NCBI GenBank assembly: GCA_002633005.1
Contig: NMRA01000003.1
Location: forward strand, 2,388,124-2,452,123
From: Phoronis australis
Lineage: Eukaryota > Animalia > Phoronida
Direction of reading: 5' to 3'
Length of the DNA stretch: 64,000 bases
The notes beneath the pieces were generated by a model. That model did not search any database, had not been told where the DNA came from, and was given only the letters and a program-made list of their open reading frames with translations. Shown here piece by piece: positions 25,195 through 38,815 of the stretch. The position numbers were made by a program, and so were the translations under genes. Positions within the stretch are counted from its first letter, which is position 1. Each line of letters opens with the position of its first letter.

Positions 25195-25420
25195 TAAAAA
25201 TAATTGTAGGCGGTCTGGTACACGTATCTGACGAGTGCATGTGGGTCCATTGCACTGATCACCGGGAACCATTTTTTATGCTTATTAGTATATAATTAAA
25301 ATCAAGCTGAGGAGCTAGAAACCTGACTGAAGAATTCAGCAGTGTGACCCAGTGGGACTCGAACCCACGACCTCGAGTAAAAAAAGCGGATACCTATCAC
25401 ACTAGGCCACACTGTCTCCT
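25195..25420 (-). mobile_element. tRNA-derived SINE, family 1, full-length copy 2
   Basis: A-box TGGCCTAGTG and B-box GGTTCGAGTCC on minus strand; 13-bp TSD CTTGTGGA(A/G)TCTA at 25182-25194 and 25421-25433. Confidence 0.85.
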
Positions 25421-26840
25421 CTTGTGGAGTCTAACAACTATATCAGTTTTGAAGAGAATATATGGCATGGTGAATTGTTTTTGAAAATCTGACACGGGAG
25501 TCGCCCAGTGAAGTTGGTTATGAATTTATGTTCTAAGGAAGTTTTGGTAGCTCTACAAGTACAACCCATACAATCGTATGTAATCAAATGTGGAAGAAGT
25601 CATAATCAGATCATTTTCAGGTGTCCTTGTCACGTTATTCTCTGTATTGTGGAAGTGCCAGCAGAATTATTAAACATTGTTTTTAGCGACTAACTTATCA
25701 CGATTACGTCTATAAAACTTTAATGAACTTTTGTCTCTCTACAGTCATGACTCGTTTTATCTACCAATTAGCCCATTAAACTTGTTAAACATAGGTCAGA
25801 TTCAGTACTCATAAACATAATGCTGCTTGTCATAATATGCGCAGATGTTCTTGCAAAAGTTCACTGTCAACTTTTCTCAACTTCTTTCGCATTGTGTTTC
25901 AGTGGTTGTGATGAAAAAATCCTTAAATTTAGAATGAGGGGACCAGGTTTAGGCCTCTGAACCTATTTAAATCCACCATGAAATATTACCAACTCGCTTA
26001 AATTCCACAACGGCAGTTAGTGTTACTGCAGTGTGAAGCCTCAATGGAAAAGTAACAGACATGAAAGCATTTTTTTCTATTGTGCGTGTGCTACATTTTG
26101 TTTAGCTCAATTCAAGCTTTCATTTATTATTTATTTTTCTGTGTCACAAAATTAACTAGGCTTAAATAATCGGAGCCAGCAAATATTTAACAGTACAAAA
26201 CAGTACTCATTTCAAGGTAGTAGTAGTATGTAAACTATTGAGGCGTGAATGTTAAAAAGGGGTGCTTACCAGTAAGCTGGTCATGCATTTACCTAAGCAC
26301 ATTAAAGTTTTAAGGTAACTAACAACTTTTAAAAATCCCTTCTACAATATACATTTTCTGAACACTTGATGGTTGAAACTTTCATGCTTTATAAAATGCT
26401 GCACATTTATAAAAAATATAGTCATGTGACTGTCATTTTTGTGAAAATATTTTGTTTTGAATATGAACTTGTAGACAACTTGAAATGAGGGTAAATTTGT
26501 GTTGGAACGGTATGAACTTGCAGTCATACAGAGAGCTGTGTCTCCGATTTTTGATATACAGCCCTGAAACAACACAGATGTAAGCCGTCAATTTTTAGTC
26601 ACTCTTTGAAAAACTTTCCAAATATTCATTTTGGGCAACCTATTTCTTTGTTGTTCGATGGGAAATGAGCACTAAAGAGAAATTGATGTTCAAATCTGCT
26701 GAAATTGTCAAAAATAATGATTTGCCATGTGATTGAAATCAATTGAAGTTGTCCTGAGTTACTCGCTTATTTGGCTCATATATAACAAATTCAAAGAACT
26801 GTTACGAGCAGCCATGACAAATATAGGTATGATTTTATGG

Positions 26841-26841
26841 T

Positions 26842-26876
<35 letters not shown>

Positions 26877-26877
26877 T
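26841..26877. repeat. (TACATA)n microsatellite
   Basis: Direct reading. Confidence 0.9.
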
Positions 26878-27845
26878 AAATCCACAAAGGCTGACACTTA
26901 GCCAATTATTAATTTGACTTTCTTACTTTTGAAATATCGATGCCATTATGTTCACACATGTTCAACTAGTTGAATGGAACAATTTTGTCAACCTGCCGCT
27001 GTGACGGTGAAGAGTGCTTACCTGGTGTTAGTCAAGGTCCATTATTTTACTATGTATTCCACTGTTGGATCACTTCACAAGTTGATTCTGTTGTTGCTTG
27101 GATTATCCGAGAAGAAGTCCACTTGATATTATTTATTGGCTGGTTGAAACTGTATAGTTGGAAGGTGCCATTGATGTAGCAGGGGGTGAGTCAGGTAGCA
27201 CCACCAATCGAATGTGATTTGTGTTCAGCTTCAGTAGTGACAAGTGCATATTTTATGGAGGTGTTTTAAGTAGGGACAGTTGCCGGGGAAACCCTTCCAG
27301 ATGGGATTCCCTTCTGAACAGGGAGCTTCCTTTAATTCAAGAAGTGGAAGTTGAACTGACTATGCCACGTGAAATATTTGACCAAGCATCTTCCTTCGTG
27401 TTTGCAGGTAGTTCACAGCATAATTATTTTTTTCTTTGAGGAAGCTAGGTGAGCCTGTTGATCCTGGTAGAAGTCTTCCCTTACAACATTATATAAGCCT
27501 TAAAACCTGCTTTCAGATGGAATTTTGTTATTTTAGATGTATTGGGATAACCTGACAGTCCTAGCAAAGCCTAAGTAAAATAAGAATACACGAGTTCAGT
27601 CATGCAAATGTAATCCTCACTAATGATACTGTGCAGCTGCCTTTTCCTGTCATGTTGCATCACTGGAAGATCCCAGCACAAACAACAAATAGTGGATTAC
27701 AGTTGTATTGAATAGGGGTCTGAATAGAACACCATTGTGTTCCAGTACAGTTTGTTACATTTGGCAATTGATGGCACTAGTGGGCTCAGAGCGAGACTCT
27801 TAACATTCACCACCAGGCTCCTTTCAAAACCCAGGGGAAACACTG

Positions 27846-28612
27846 GCTTGCACACCCTTCAACCGAAAAATAGCTGTCAGACAGTCACGTACGCATCCAG
27901 ACACACGGCGACTAATGTGGGCCTTACCGAGACAATTGTCGAACGTTTTTCAGCAGATGAGACGGCTATAGCTTAATGAAACACGTTCTGCTTCACTGCT
28001 TGTGCTAATTTCTTTAGATACAATTCATATCTAGCTTGTTAGATGGCGTTCCAGTACTCTGGCAAATGAACTCTGGTGACACCCACGCGCTCGCTTACGG
28101 TACTCACCCACGCAGATGAACTTCAAAACAAACGTCACGTGACAACATGTGTGATCGTCCAGAGATTTTTCTCGTGTTGCCGGGTCGGCCTTGTACGGTC
28201 ATAGATGGCATGATCTAGCACAGATTTGGACTTAACCTGCCATTAATGCCGACTCCACGGGAACTTGAGTCTTAGGGACGCTATTTGGAAAACTTAAGGA
28301 AGATTTCAGGTAACTTGCTTGAGTCGAAACTATTTTTATTCAAGCATTCAAGTTGCCATTATCGAAGATTGCAAGGCAGTCAGTCAACGAGTTTTCGCCC
28401 TGGGATTTCAGCACAATTTTATTCTGTAAAGTGATCGTAATTTAACAACAAAGTTTGATAGCAATGCACCACAATTTTGTAGAAAGTCTGTCATAGGTTA
28501 CAGATACGTCACAGAGCGTAAATATGATGAATCTTAGCTTCTGATTTCTCCTGTTTCGGAGACCGGGTTTCAACCGCCTTGGGTTACAATAATCGCCCCC
28601 CTGAAACGAAAA
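27846..28612 (+). mobile_element. Truncated copy of the CCGTA-ended element at 52648-54242
   Basis: Collinear with ~53440-54200 (e.g. GGCAAATGAACTCTGGTGACAC, GGAGACCGGGTTTCAACCGCCTTGGGTTA); right TIR replaced by HINE family B sequence. Confidence 0.85.
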
Positions 28613-28614
28613 CG

Positions 28615-28866
28615 ATTTCCGGTATACTTGTAGCACACTTCCGGTCCATTTACTGTGCCGATTCTTAGCCTTTTACGTAAAAAATTGTAGCATCCAGAAG
28701 CATTTGAACTATTAATCGAAAACAAAATGGCCGCCACATCCGCCATCTTGGATCCAATTATGACGAAAAACAATAGGCTTCCAGTACTTCCGGAACTACG
28801 TGTTATGTGTAAATTTCCTGATGATCGGACGAAAATTGCGACCTGTATCGTGCGAACAAACAAAAA
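28615..28866 (-). mobile_element. Partial HINE family B copy abutting the full copy
   Basis: Near-identical to 29780-30022. Confidence 0.8.
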
Positions 28867-30086
28867 AATGAAAGCGCTCCGAGGAGCGAACCTTGGCGAA
28901 ATTAACCAAAAAGATGACGATAAAGATGATGATGAAGATGACGAATATGACGAAGATGGTGGCGAGGATGAACAAAAGAAGTAATGATAACATACACATG
29001 ACGAACGTAGAAGTCCGAAATCAGTAAGAAAAAGGCTAGTTCGTCTTGAGCGACACTTGGCGAAATTAAGGAAAAGACGGAGATGATGACGAAGATGATG
29101 ACGATGATGACGAATATGATGATGGTGGTGGCGATGATGAACAACATCACAACATTCATATGACGAACTTAGATGTCATAAATCAATAAGAAATAGGCTA
29201 CAGTCTAGTTCAATAGAAGATAAACCAACATCAATGCAGCAAGAGCGCTCAACAAAGGAACAGCGTTATCATAAAATCTCAAATAACCCGAAAAGTAGAC
29301 GTCCTAGCGAAAAATGGAAAACATCCTCTGAAAGCCCGTTCAAAATTCTATCTAAACTGATGGTATCGCCTAATTCCGTAAATTTTTCGAAAAAAATGAA
29401 ATTTGCGGTTTTTTTTAAGAAATTCAGTCAAATAACTCGAAAACGGTAAGTCTGAGAAAAAAAAATGTTACAGGCCATTTGAAAGATTATACTTCAAAGA
29501 ATCCACATGCAAAAAATCACGTCTTTTTCTCTTCCCGTTTAAAATCGCACTCCAGAACGACTGAAAATGGGTCAACATGCGCCAGATCCGCCATCTTGAA
29601 AGCAACTTCCGGTTTTTTGGCTTTGTGTAATAGCATGTCATAAGAAACTAATACCTGTAAAAATTCGAAGGAATTGGTCTTATAATGCGCCCTCTACAGG
29701 AGAAAACGTTTTTAGGCCAAAATCGAGGTGCGCATGCGCGATCGCCGATATTTCCGCCATCTTTAACCGGAAGTGAACAATTTCCGGTATACTTGTAACA
29801 AACTTCCAGTCCATTTACTGTGCCGATTCTTAGCCTTTTACATAAAAAATTGTAGCTTCCAGAAGCATTTGAACCTTTAAATGGAAACAAAATGGCCACC
29901 ACAGCCGCCATCTTGGATCCGATTTTGACGAAAAACAATAGGCTTCCAGTACTCCCGGAAGTACGTGTTATGTGTAAATTTCGTGATGATCGGACGAAAA
30001 TTGCGACCTGTATCGTGCGAACAGCAACATAAACAAACTTGATGGAAGACCAACATACTTGGCGAAATTTATTTCGCCAAGTAAAC
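28867..30086 (-). mobile_element. Non-autonomous Helentron/HINE-like element, family B, complete copy
   Basis: Palindrome TACTTGGCGAAAT-TT-ATTTCGCCAAGTA (30056-30083); far end has sub-TIR CTTGGCGAAAT and hairpin CGCTCC-GA-GGAGCG (28875-28888); reverse complement of 49547-50759. Confidence 0.8.
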
Positions 30087-32154
30087 ATTGCAGCATGTGG
30101 AACAACATTTCAGATTTTGTAATAGGGATTACAAAATGTCATATCACACATCTTAAAAATCTCCCTGTGCTGAGATTAGGTTGACTCTCATCAATACTAA
30201 AGGGACTCTGCTGGCTGTTCAATTGTGCCCTCCTAGCTAACAATATAGGTCAACTTGCAATTAGTTTTTAGTATCCCAACAAGGGGACAGAATAGTTACC
30301 TCAGTGATACAGTACCCACCTTTTACACTTCGGACTTTAATATCCCTAAACCCTCTTTGTGGCTCAAGCCAGTTAGCAGATTGAGTTACCAGTTTAGTTA
30401 TAATGGGCTCAACCGGAAGCCTCAAGAGTTGGTGGTTTTGAGCTGAATTAAGTATTACAGTAGTTGATACATATCTCGTAAGTGTGAGTGGGCAATCGTA
30501 TCGATCAAGATGGGGGGAAATGGCATGTACTTGCACATGCGCAGTCATTGGTTCCTGTGTGAGTTTCATCACAATTTCCCGCGCCGGTGATACACATTCT
30601 CCAACACGCTGTTTGTGGCAAAACAAAATCAATCTGACAATGTCGCGAACAGAAACTTAGGAAAGTTGTGTGTCAAAGCTATCAAAATAATCCAAATACC
30701 CACCATTTTTATGAAGAAAGTTCTTGACAGGAAGAAGAGAAGCGTGCATGCACAGGATTTTTCCAGCAGATGAACCAGAACCTAAACCAATTCGGTCTTG
30801 GTGGTGCACTATATACCATGTAAGACAAAAGTGTTTTTAGCTGGTGGATATGAATCGCTTATGTAGTGTAAACTTAGAAAGGAAACCACTTGAGCCCATA
30901 AGCATACATCAACTTCAAGTAACTCAATCCAAAGATTTAGTGTAAACAATTTAGTATTATAGTCTCAGACTGTTACTTTTAATACAATACTGACACTGCT
31001 GAGGCTGCAATGGCAGGAACTGGTTGAGCTCACTTATAGTTCACACTCCAGTGGTGTTATATCATTTTTAGAAAATGTATAACATTAGTGCAAGCCTTAA
31101 AATAAAAGGAACACAAAGCACTGAAATGTTACTCTAGAGAAGTATATTAGAATCATGTGCCACAGAATGCCTAACATGTCCAGAGTTGCGTTTACTTTCT
31201 CTTGCAGAGTTTGGCAACTTGAGAGGCATTGCCAAAAAATGCAAGCAACAAGTGTGACATACGGCAATTTTTTTTAATTTCTGTGACATTACCTAGCCTA
31301 ACGCGTTTGAATCATCTACTGGACTAGGACAGCTTTGTTGACTTTCTTTTGATGTAGACGGTGGGCTCATTCATTTGGTAAGACAAGAGAATTAGCTGTG
31401 TGGATTGAAAACTCCTAAATGTGTTATGCCATAATGAAAACCTGTCCCATACACTTTCCAGTGCCACCAAGGAACATACATGAGACAATAGTGACGTGGC
31501 AAAAAGCTATGCAAGAAAGTTGAGTGATATTTGTGAACAATATGACTAAACTCCCCATAGCTTGCAAACTGCAATATTGATGAGGTGTTTGTCTGTCTGC
31601 GAGCATCGCCCGTGGTCAACACAATAAGTCTTCAACGATATTGCCAGATTCATTAAAAAATCAATTGGGAAAAATCTTAACACAAAAAATCTACCCCAAG
31701 TAGTAGTTTTCTTAAATTGATGAGTTCAGCATGACCTCCAGTAACTATTCAACTGTGCCAATCTTGTTTTAGTATTCTTTCGCAACCAAAACAAAACTAA
31801 AGCAATCATAAAATAACTAAGAGCATCTATGATACCTTTTTAAGTCTGCATGTTCTTATGTTTTACAAATATGCAGCTGAGGACTATTTTCTGTATGACA
31901 TTATGATGAATACATGGGTGATTAGATCCAAGTGGAGCCTAGAATGGTCATGTTCACGCTGGATTATGCATGATAATTGCAGAGATACAAGTGAACTTCA
32001 GATTTTAGATTTGACTCTCTTGAGCATCAGTACTTAATCGGTCATTGCCTTCAGTTGCTAGTACATCCATTGCTTTTGCTGGCAGAAGATCTCAAATGAC
32101 TCGATTTACCATACGTCACTGATCCACCTGGGATAAACGCATTGTCCGCATTGG

Positions 32155-32293
32155 TCAATGTGATGCACCTATGGTTGTTAATCTATGATCAATGTGATGC
32201 ACCTATGGTTGTTAATCTATGATCAATGTGATGCACCTATGGTTGTTAATCTATGTTCAATGTGATGCACCTATGGTTGTTAATCTATGATCA
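32155..32293. repeat. 34-bp minisatellite x4
   Basis: TCAATGTGATGCACCTATGGTTGTTAATCTATGA at 32155, 32189, 32223, 32257. Confidence 0.95.
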
Positions 32294-32430
32294 CTGTGTG
32301 ACAGATCACAGTTGCTTAAACAGCAAATTTAAGAGCGCAATGGTTATTAAGTTGACATGGCATGTGAAAAACATTGAATGTGTTCTTCAAATATGTGTAT
32401 ATGCAATCATTCACATGATTGTGTAGAATT

Positions 32431-32627
32431 CATTATCATGCGGTGTCATTTTGGACAACATTATCATGTGGTGTTATTTTGGACAACATTATCATGTGGT
32501 GTTATTTTGGACAACATTATCATGCGGTGTCATTTTGGACAACATTATCATGTGTTATTTTGGACAACATTATCATGTGCTGTCATTTTGGACAACATTA
32601 TCATGTGCTGTCATTTTGGACAACATT
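32431..32627. repeat. 28-bp minisatellite, about 7 copies
   Basis: CATTATCATG(C/T)GGTGTCATTTTGGACAA; explains the repetitive ORFs at 32378-32722. Confidence 0.95.
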
Positions 32628-32971
32628 GTTCGTGGATGGGATGTACTCACCAGCTTCGAAACACAATAATTAGTCATATTTCGTTTTTGTTGACTTTCGT
32701 TTACTTTGAAATCTTCCAATAAGTCCATTCACGCAACATTGCAATGTAAATTTTGCTCCCATCCCTAGCTGGCATGTATTGTGGCCTGGGCTTAATTCTA
32801 TGTTCACAACTATCAGTAAAAGTTGGTTTATATTATAATAATAATGATAAAGTTTTACACACATTACAGAGAAATAAAAAACATAATCCAGAAGACATAA
32901 AATAAAAGCACTTGTGCAAGACATGGATAACATAAAAGTCAGACTTATTTCCATTTTGAATCTAATATGTA

Positions 32972-33137
32972 CGGTAAAGTCGCGTGATTTTCGGACGGCC
33001 CGCCATTTTCGACCAAGAATAAATATTTCCGAAATGAGTTTTTCATGGTCCACGAAATTCGTACAAGGTCCAAAAACAGTTTTTCAAAGATCCTCGAATT
33101 TCGTACATTGTCATAAACATCGGAATTTTGTCCCGCG
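32972..33137. mobile_element. One end of a TA-flanked DNA transposon, cut by an assembly join
   Basis: Begins TA|CGGTAAAGTCGCGTGATTTTCGGACGG exactly where the duplicated flank diverges; ends at the n at 33138. Confidence 0.55.
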
Positions 33138-35565
33138 NTGTTCGTGGATGGGATGTACTCACCAGCTTCGAAACACAATAATTAGTCATATTTCGTTTTT
33201 GTTGACTTTCGTTTACTTTGAAATCTTCCAATAAGTCCATTCACGCAACATTGCAATGTAAATTTTGCTCCCATCCCTAGCTGGCATGTGTTGTGGCCTG
33301 GGCTTAATTCTATGTTCACAACTATCAGTAAAAGTTGGTTTATATTATAATAATAATGATAAAGTTTTACACACATTACAGAGAAATAAAAAAACATAAT
33401 CCAGAAGACAAAAAATAAAAGCACTTGTGCAAGACATGGATAACATAAAAGTCAGACTTATTTCCATTTTGAATCTAGTATGTATGGTACTGGGTTCCAT
33501 TTAGGTGATGAAAAATATTGAGTATTACAGCTGGCTAACAGCATGCCAGAGATCCACATCACCAAATTTCTGCTCAGGACTTCAGTATATCAATTCTACA
33601 CCCAGAAAAATGGAAGTGCAGGGTACGAGAATCAATTGAGATCCACGTCCACAGACCTAGTCTTAACAGAGATCCAGGACTTGGTCTTCCTGCCGTGTAA
33701 TCAGTTCTGTTTCGGGATCCCCCCACATTAGGGAATCCCCGGTACTATTTTTTTTTCCGTTATATTCTACATCAACAGAGGGCGCACCAGGTGGTGAATC
33801 AAGTGCGTGAGATAAGGAGGAGATGGCTGTACACTTACCACGTCAATGTCTGGTTTCAAAAGGGACCTTTACTCAATATTTTTATTTCCATTATGGTCCG
33901 TAAAAAGATGACACACAAAATGATGAAAGACAAAAGACAATAACCAGTAAATAAGTAAATCAGTTACTAAATAGGTAGATAATTATAATAATACATAAAA
34001 CATAAAAGTAATAAATATATATATATAGATAAATAATAAATAAATGAATGCAATGAAGATTAGATGAAATACTTAAAGAAGACTAGGGTTAATAATACAT
34101 AAAGGAAATACGAGGTAAAAATCAATAGTGGACATTCATATTATTCTCAGCACCAGATAATTTATTGAATAGAAAGTCAGTTACTAGCCGTTAAAAAGAA
34201 TTTAGGGATTGAATATTTTTTATGGTTATGGGGAGATCATTTCCAAGCTAGCTATTGTCAGCTTGGTGATCTCAAGGAAAGATGACATAATTGTTATCCC
34301 GATTGAAATATTTAAAAGCCAGACTGGTATCTAAATAATGCATTGGAAGTAATGTTAAAGATGGCATTGAAAAGTTCATTTATACCATGTGTGAAGACTG
34401 GGTTTTCAGGTTTATGAAATCTCCACAAAGGTTGACATATAACTCTGGAAATTCATGTTCCAACTATGAATTTCCTTAAATTTAAGTTTTCTGTCACAAA
34501 GCAATGAAAACATTGGATCTTTTGGCAGTGTGTTTGATATACATGTACTTCTATAAACTGTGATACTGATTTATTACATTTGTAAAGCTATTTTTCTTCA
34601 GTCAACAGGCATTGTACCACACTAGCTTTAGTGTCAGTGTCTGCCAATAGGAGTGATGTAACTTTCATGTTCATAAATCCTTTGAGGACATGGAATTAAT
34701 CCATGGAACAGCACTATTAGGCATGTTTACATGCCTGTTTTAATTGCCATTTGGATCACCATTTTAATCACCATTTCAACATTCCAGTCATTTCCTTAGT
34801 GGAGTAAAATGTGACAGTTAAAATACGTCATTTGGGCCACCTGCAGAGACCAGAGTGGCTCTCCAAGCCCATGAGTATAAAACAAAATAATTATGTGGCC
34901 AGAGGGAGATTGTTATCTCCAGATGAAGGAAATCCCCTACAAGATAAGGCCAGAGAAATAACGAGAAATCATAATGCCTATTGCACCAATGTATTAGATA
35001 GCCCATGAGAAGATCTATTCAACTACTGTACTAAATGCGAAAAGGTTCAATCAAAGGATCGCGGACCTGGAGCTGCACAAACATAATCGAAAAAGTGACC
35101 ATCACAGTGCCATCTTGTGTCCGATTTCGTCCCCAAAACAAAAGTTCTCAGGCTATTAAATATATGTACGTAAATTTCACATCGATGAGACGAAAAATAC
35201 AATCTCTTACACAAATATGATAGGTTTATTTATTTATTTATTTATTTATTTATTATTGTAATATTTACAATGTGGGTAACCCCATCAGTTTTCCATGGGG
35301 GTCCTCAGTAAAAACATACAAAGACGGACAAACAAATAGAATTACAAATTAAAAGACAAGATTTAAATGATCAATGATGAATAAGAAACTAAGATGTAAA
35401 GACTGATAAAACAAAAAATTATTAAAATAATACATAGAAGATGCTAGAAGTAATACAACATGATTAAATGAAAGTACAAGTATTTAATAATCAGACAATA
35501 AATAATAATTAATAAAGTAAGACATTGTGTATATACATATGCACCCACCCATCCACGCACACGCA

Positions 35566-35852
35566 CATACACACACATTTACACGTAACTACATACACAC
35601 ACATTTACACATAACTACATACACACACATTTACACGTAACTACATACACACACATTTACACGTAACTACATACACACATTTACACGTAACTACATACAC
35701 ACACATTTACATGTAACTACATACACACACATTTACACGTAACTACATACACACACATTTACACGTAACTACATACACACACATTTACTCGTAACTACAT
35801 ACACACACATTTACACATAACTACATACACACACATTTACACGTAACTACAC
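35566..35852. repeat. 26-bp CA-rich minisatellite, about 10-11 copies
   Basis: ACACGTAACTACATACACACACATTT. Confidence 0.95.
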
Positions 35853-36102
35853 GCACATACACATAAACACACTCATACGTATTAATAAAATACATAGTGT
35901 GGTCGGGGGATATTGAATGTTAGTTTGCTGCACAGAACATCTAATTAAAGTGATTTCTGATAATTCTTTTAAAGCTAATATCAAGGATGATGCAGATTTG
36001 GCATCAGAGGGGGCGAGTGTTCCGTAAACAAGGCCGTTGTAAGTAAATGTTTTTTTCCAGTTTCTGGTTTTCAGAAGATTGAAATTGGATGACAGTGGGA
36101 CA

Positions 36103-36571
36103 CAGGCCTTTATCCAGGATTTCGAAAATAGGGTGTCCAAATGGGGTTCCCAATATTGGAGGGCGTTCATGATTCCGATGCGTAACCCACCCACCCCCTG
36201 CAATCCCCCCAAACACACATTTTTTTTTACAAAAAATGCATAGACCAAGGTTTTTACATCTAAGTTTACAAAACAGCCTTCTGTAGTGAGGATTTTTACT
36301 AAAAAAAACTGTGTAGACCAAGACTTTTAATGCTGTCAACCAAGATGAGCATAGCAACGTTGTATATACTTTGTATATACATTGTATATGTCTTCCTGCT
36401 TTGAAAAAAGAGCCACCACTGTGAGTCTTCATAGACTTCCTAGTAATCATTAAAATGTGTGTGTCCAAATTTAAAAGTTTCCTATTAATAGTGGGCGTCC
36501 AAATGATACATTGGGCGTCCTTGCCAGGGCGTGCATTTGGACGCCCAGGACCTACGCTGCATAAAGGCCTT
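36103..36571. mobile_element. hAT-type MITE
   Basis: TIR CAGGCCTTTATCCAG / CTGCATAAAGGCCTT with a perfect 8-bp TSD GTGGGACA (36095-36102, 36572-36579). Confidence 0.85.
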
Positions 36572-38815
36572 GTGGGACATTGTAAACTTAGCACTTAAAG
36601 TAGGTTTACAAAGTGTAGCTAATTATCAACCAGTAAATCTGGAATATCGCGAGAATGCTAAGTCGTGGCGAGATACGGTTTGCTTAATGCTGCTAGTGCT
36701 TGAAAATGAGATCTGTCCACATACATTATTCGAGACAAATAAGTCATGGGACACTGAAGATATGGCACAGAAACTCAGTTATTTGGAGACCAGTTCTCAG
36801 AAAATCTGGGAATAACCGATCGAGAAGGGTAAGGTTTAGAGAAAATTGAGTGGCACACATCTGATGGCCCTTGAAAGGATCTGTTCGCAGAAAAAATTGG
36901 ATACAACCAGAACTAGTGGAGCTTTGGGTCCACAAATTAACAATGTGAAAAATAGCCACCACAGCTTCCGATTTTAACCAAAAAATAATTGACTTCAAGC
37001 CATGCACAAGTCACATACTTAAATTTCATGATGATATGATTAGCACTACAATTTGTAGCATGCAAAACAAATAAACGAAAACAAGCAAACAAAAAACATT
37101 TTATGACAAAGCAACTGATTGGAAACTCCTGAATTATACATAAGGGTTGGCATGTATACAGCTTCAGAAAATGCTTGATCAAATGGTCAAGGCTTCTCAA
37201 ATAACTTCGTATAGCTTCTATCGCAGACAAAAGACTACCGAGACTACCGCACTCCTATTAGGACTAAAAAAGTTCACTACATTGTTGAAAGCATGTAACT
37301 TAACTTGCATAGTATGGCTTCTCATGGAGACAGCTTGTCATGTTAGGGCTACAATGGCTCACAACATTATGTTGGAAGTACTGGAAATCTGACCAATTTC
37401 AGACAGAAATAAGTTTTGTGTTGACGCCATGAAGAAAAGACATGACTCTAGAAAGGCATTAAACTCCTTTAAGCTGACATTTGACAACTTTGGCAATGAA
37501 TTTGTACTGGCGCTGTGATGTGGGTGATTTACCATTTCAGTTAATTGTCGTAGTGGCATGTGCAGTTCAGTCAACAATTGGAATGTGGACCCTAAAATTT
37601 GTATGACATGAACTAAAATGCAACTCTTTCAAAACAAAGTGATTGTTTTACACTCAATATGTTCTGTAGGACAATGCGATCACATTCAAACATGATTGCT
37701 GAACTGATGTACTGGTAGCTCTGGTCACGCACACAGACAAGTCAGATGGTGATTTGCTGATCTCGTTCGAGGCACAAAATTTTGTTAAAAAAGGCTCGTA
37801 GTTTGATAACATAAAAGAAGAAACGCAACATAATATGTTTTTAAGGTTATTTCAAGTGATTGAATTAGGTTACCCCCGTGCCTTTAATGTCCAATTAAAG
37901 GTAGTGATAGTAAAAATTCCCTAGTTTGCGAGAGTGCAAAATTAATTTTTGCCTATGATCGGAGCTTCTAATTTTAGAATTATAGATATATCTTGGACAT
38001 GAACAATGGTTTACTATAAAAGCTCATGTTACATGCTGTGGAGAAGTATAAATTTAAAAGATTGTGTTGGTGGATATTTTTAACGATTTTATAAACTGCT
38101 AAGTCTATTTGCAGATATATAATGCAATGTCCAAAACTTTAAAACACAGGTGTAGCCAAAATCACCCATGCTCCTATCTTCGGAATCATGAAAATTCAAT
38201 TTTGACTTCTGAAACCGGAGAATTTTTACTGTAGCCAAAAGTTAAAAATTGCAAGTAGAGACCATACACCTGGAGTGGGACAGCAATGAAATAAACGTGA
38301 AGCCATACAGTAATGATAGCCCATGCCAAATGACATTGAATGGATATCACAACCTATTATTTAACTTGAGATTCATGTGATGGGCACAAGCGCATTGCAT
38401 GGTTTTCGCCTATGGGGCACTGCCATAGTTTTCCGTTGTTGCATCTTTGTTGGATATAACAATGCAGGTCGTACGGATATCGTATCGTATCGTACTTTAG
38501 GCACACATCACCCAGTTTCCGATAAATGCTCACCATTATCTTTATTATAAGAAAGAAAAACAAAGTGGACAATGGATACGCCTATCTACCGGTCTCTTTG
38601 TGGTGAGCTTGCAACCTAGTTTCCCCGGTAGGAAGTAAATGGAAGCAACAAGTGTCAGCATGTTATTAACTGTTTGTTTAAGTTATTTTGTTAAACAATG
38701 TGTGTTGAAACAATTTTTGTTGTGAGTGCTGAGTTTTAATTTACCTCATAGTAAAAAACAGACATTTTAAATTGCCCATTAACCTAGAACACATTGTGTA
38801 TTGGGCCAAATACAG

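Noticed and set aside
25340-25415. tRNA gene (also 9340-9410 and 51900-51990)
   Set aside because: A/B boxes present but no intact cloverleaf; the first two sit in a repeated body with TSDs, so they are SINE heads
28727-29159. Acidic (DDE-rich) and hydrophobic ORFs, and the mirror Ser-rich ORF at 50571-50783
   Set aside because: Translations of GAT/GAC trinucleotide tracts inside non-coding HINE family B
32155-32627. 28-37-bp repeats here and at 17620, 35566 and 47652 as CRISPR arrays
   Set aside because: Units are contiguous with no unique spacers, there are no cas genes, and the context is eukaryotic
36004-36594. Longest ORF in the track (196 aa, minus strand)
   Set aside because: Spans a non-coding hAT MITE and its TSD; no domain-like features
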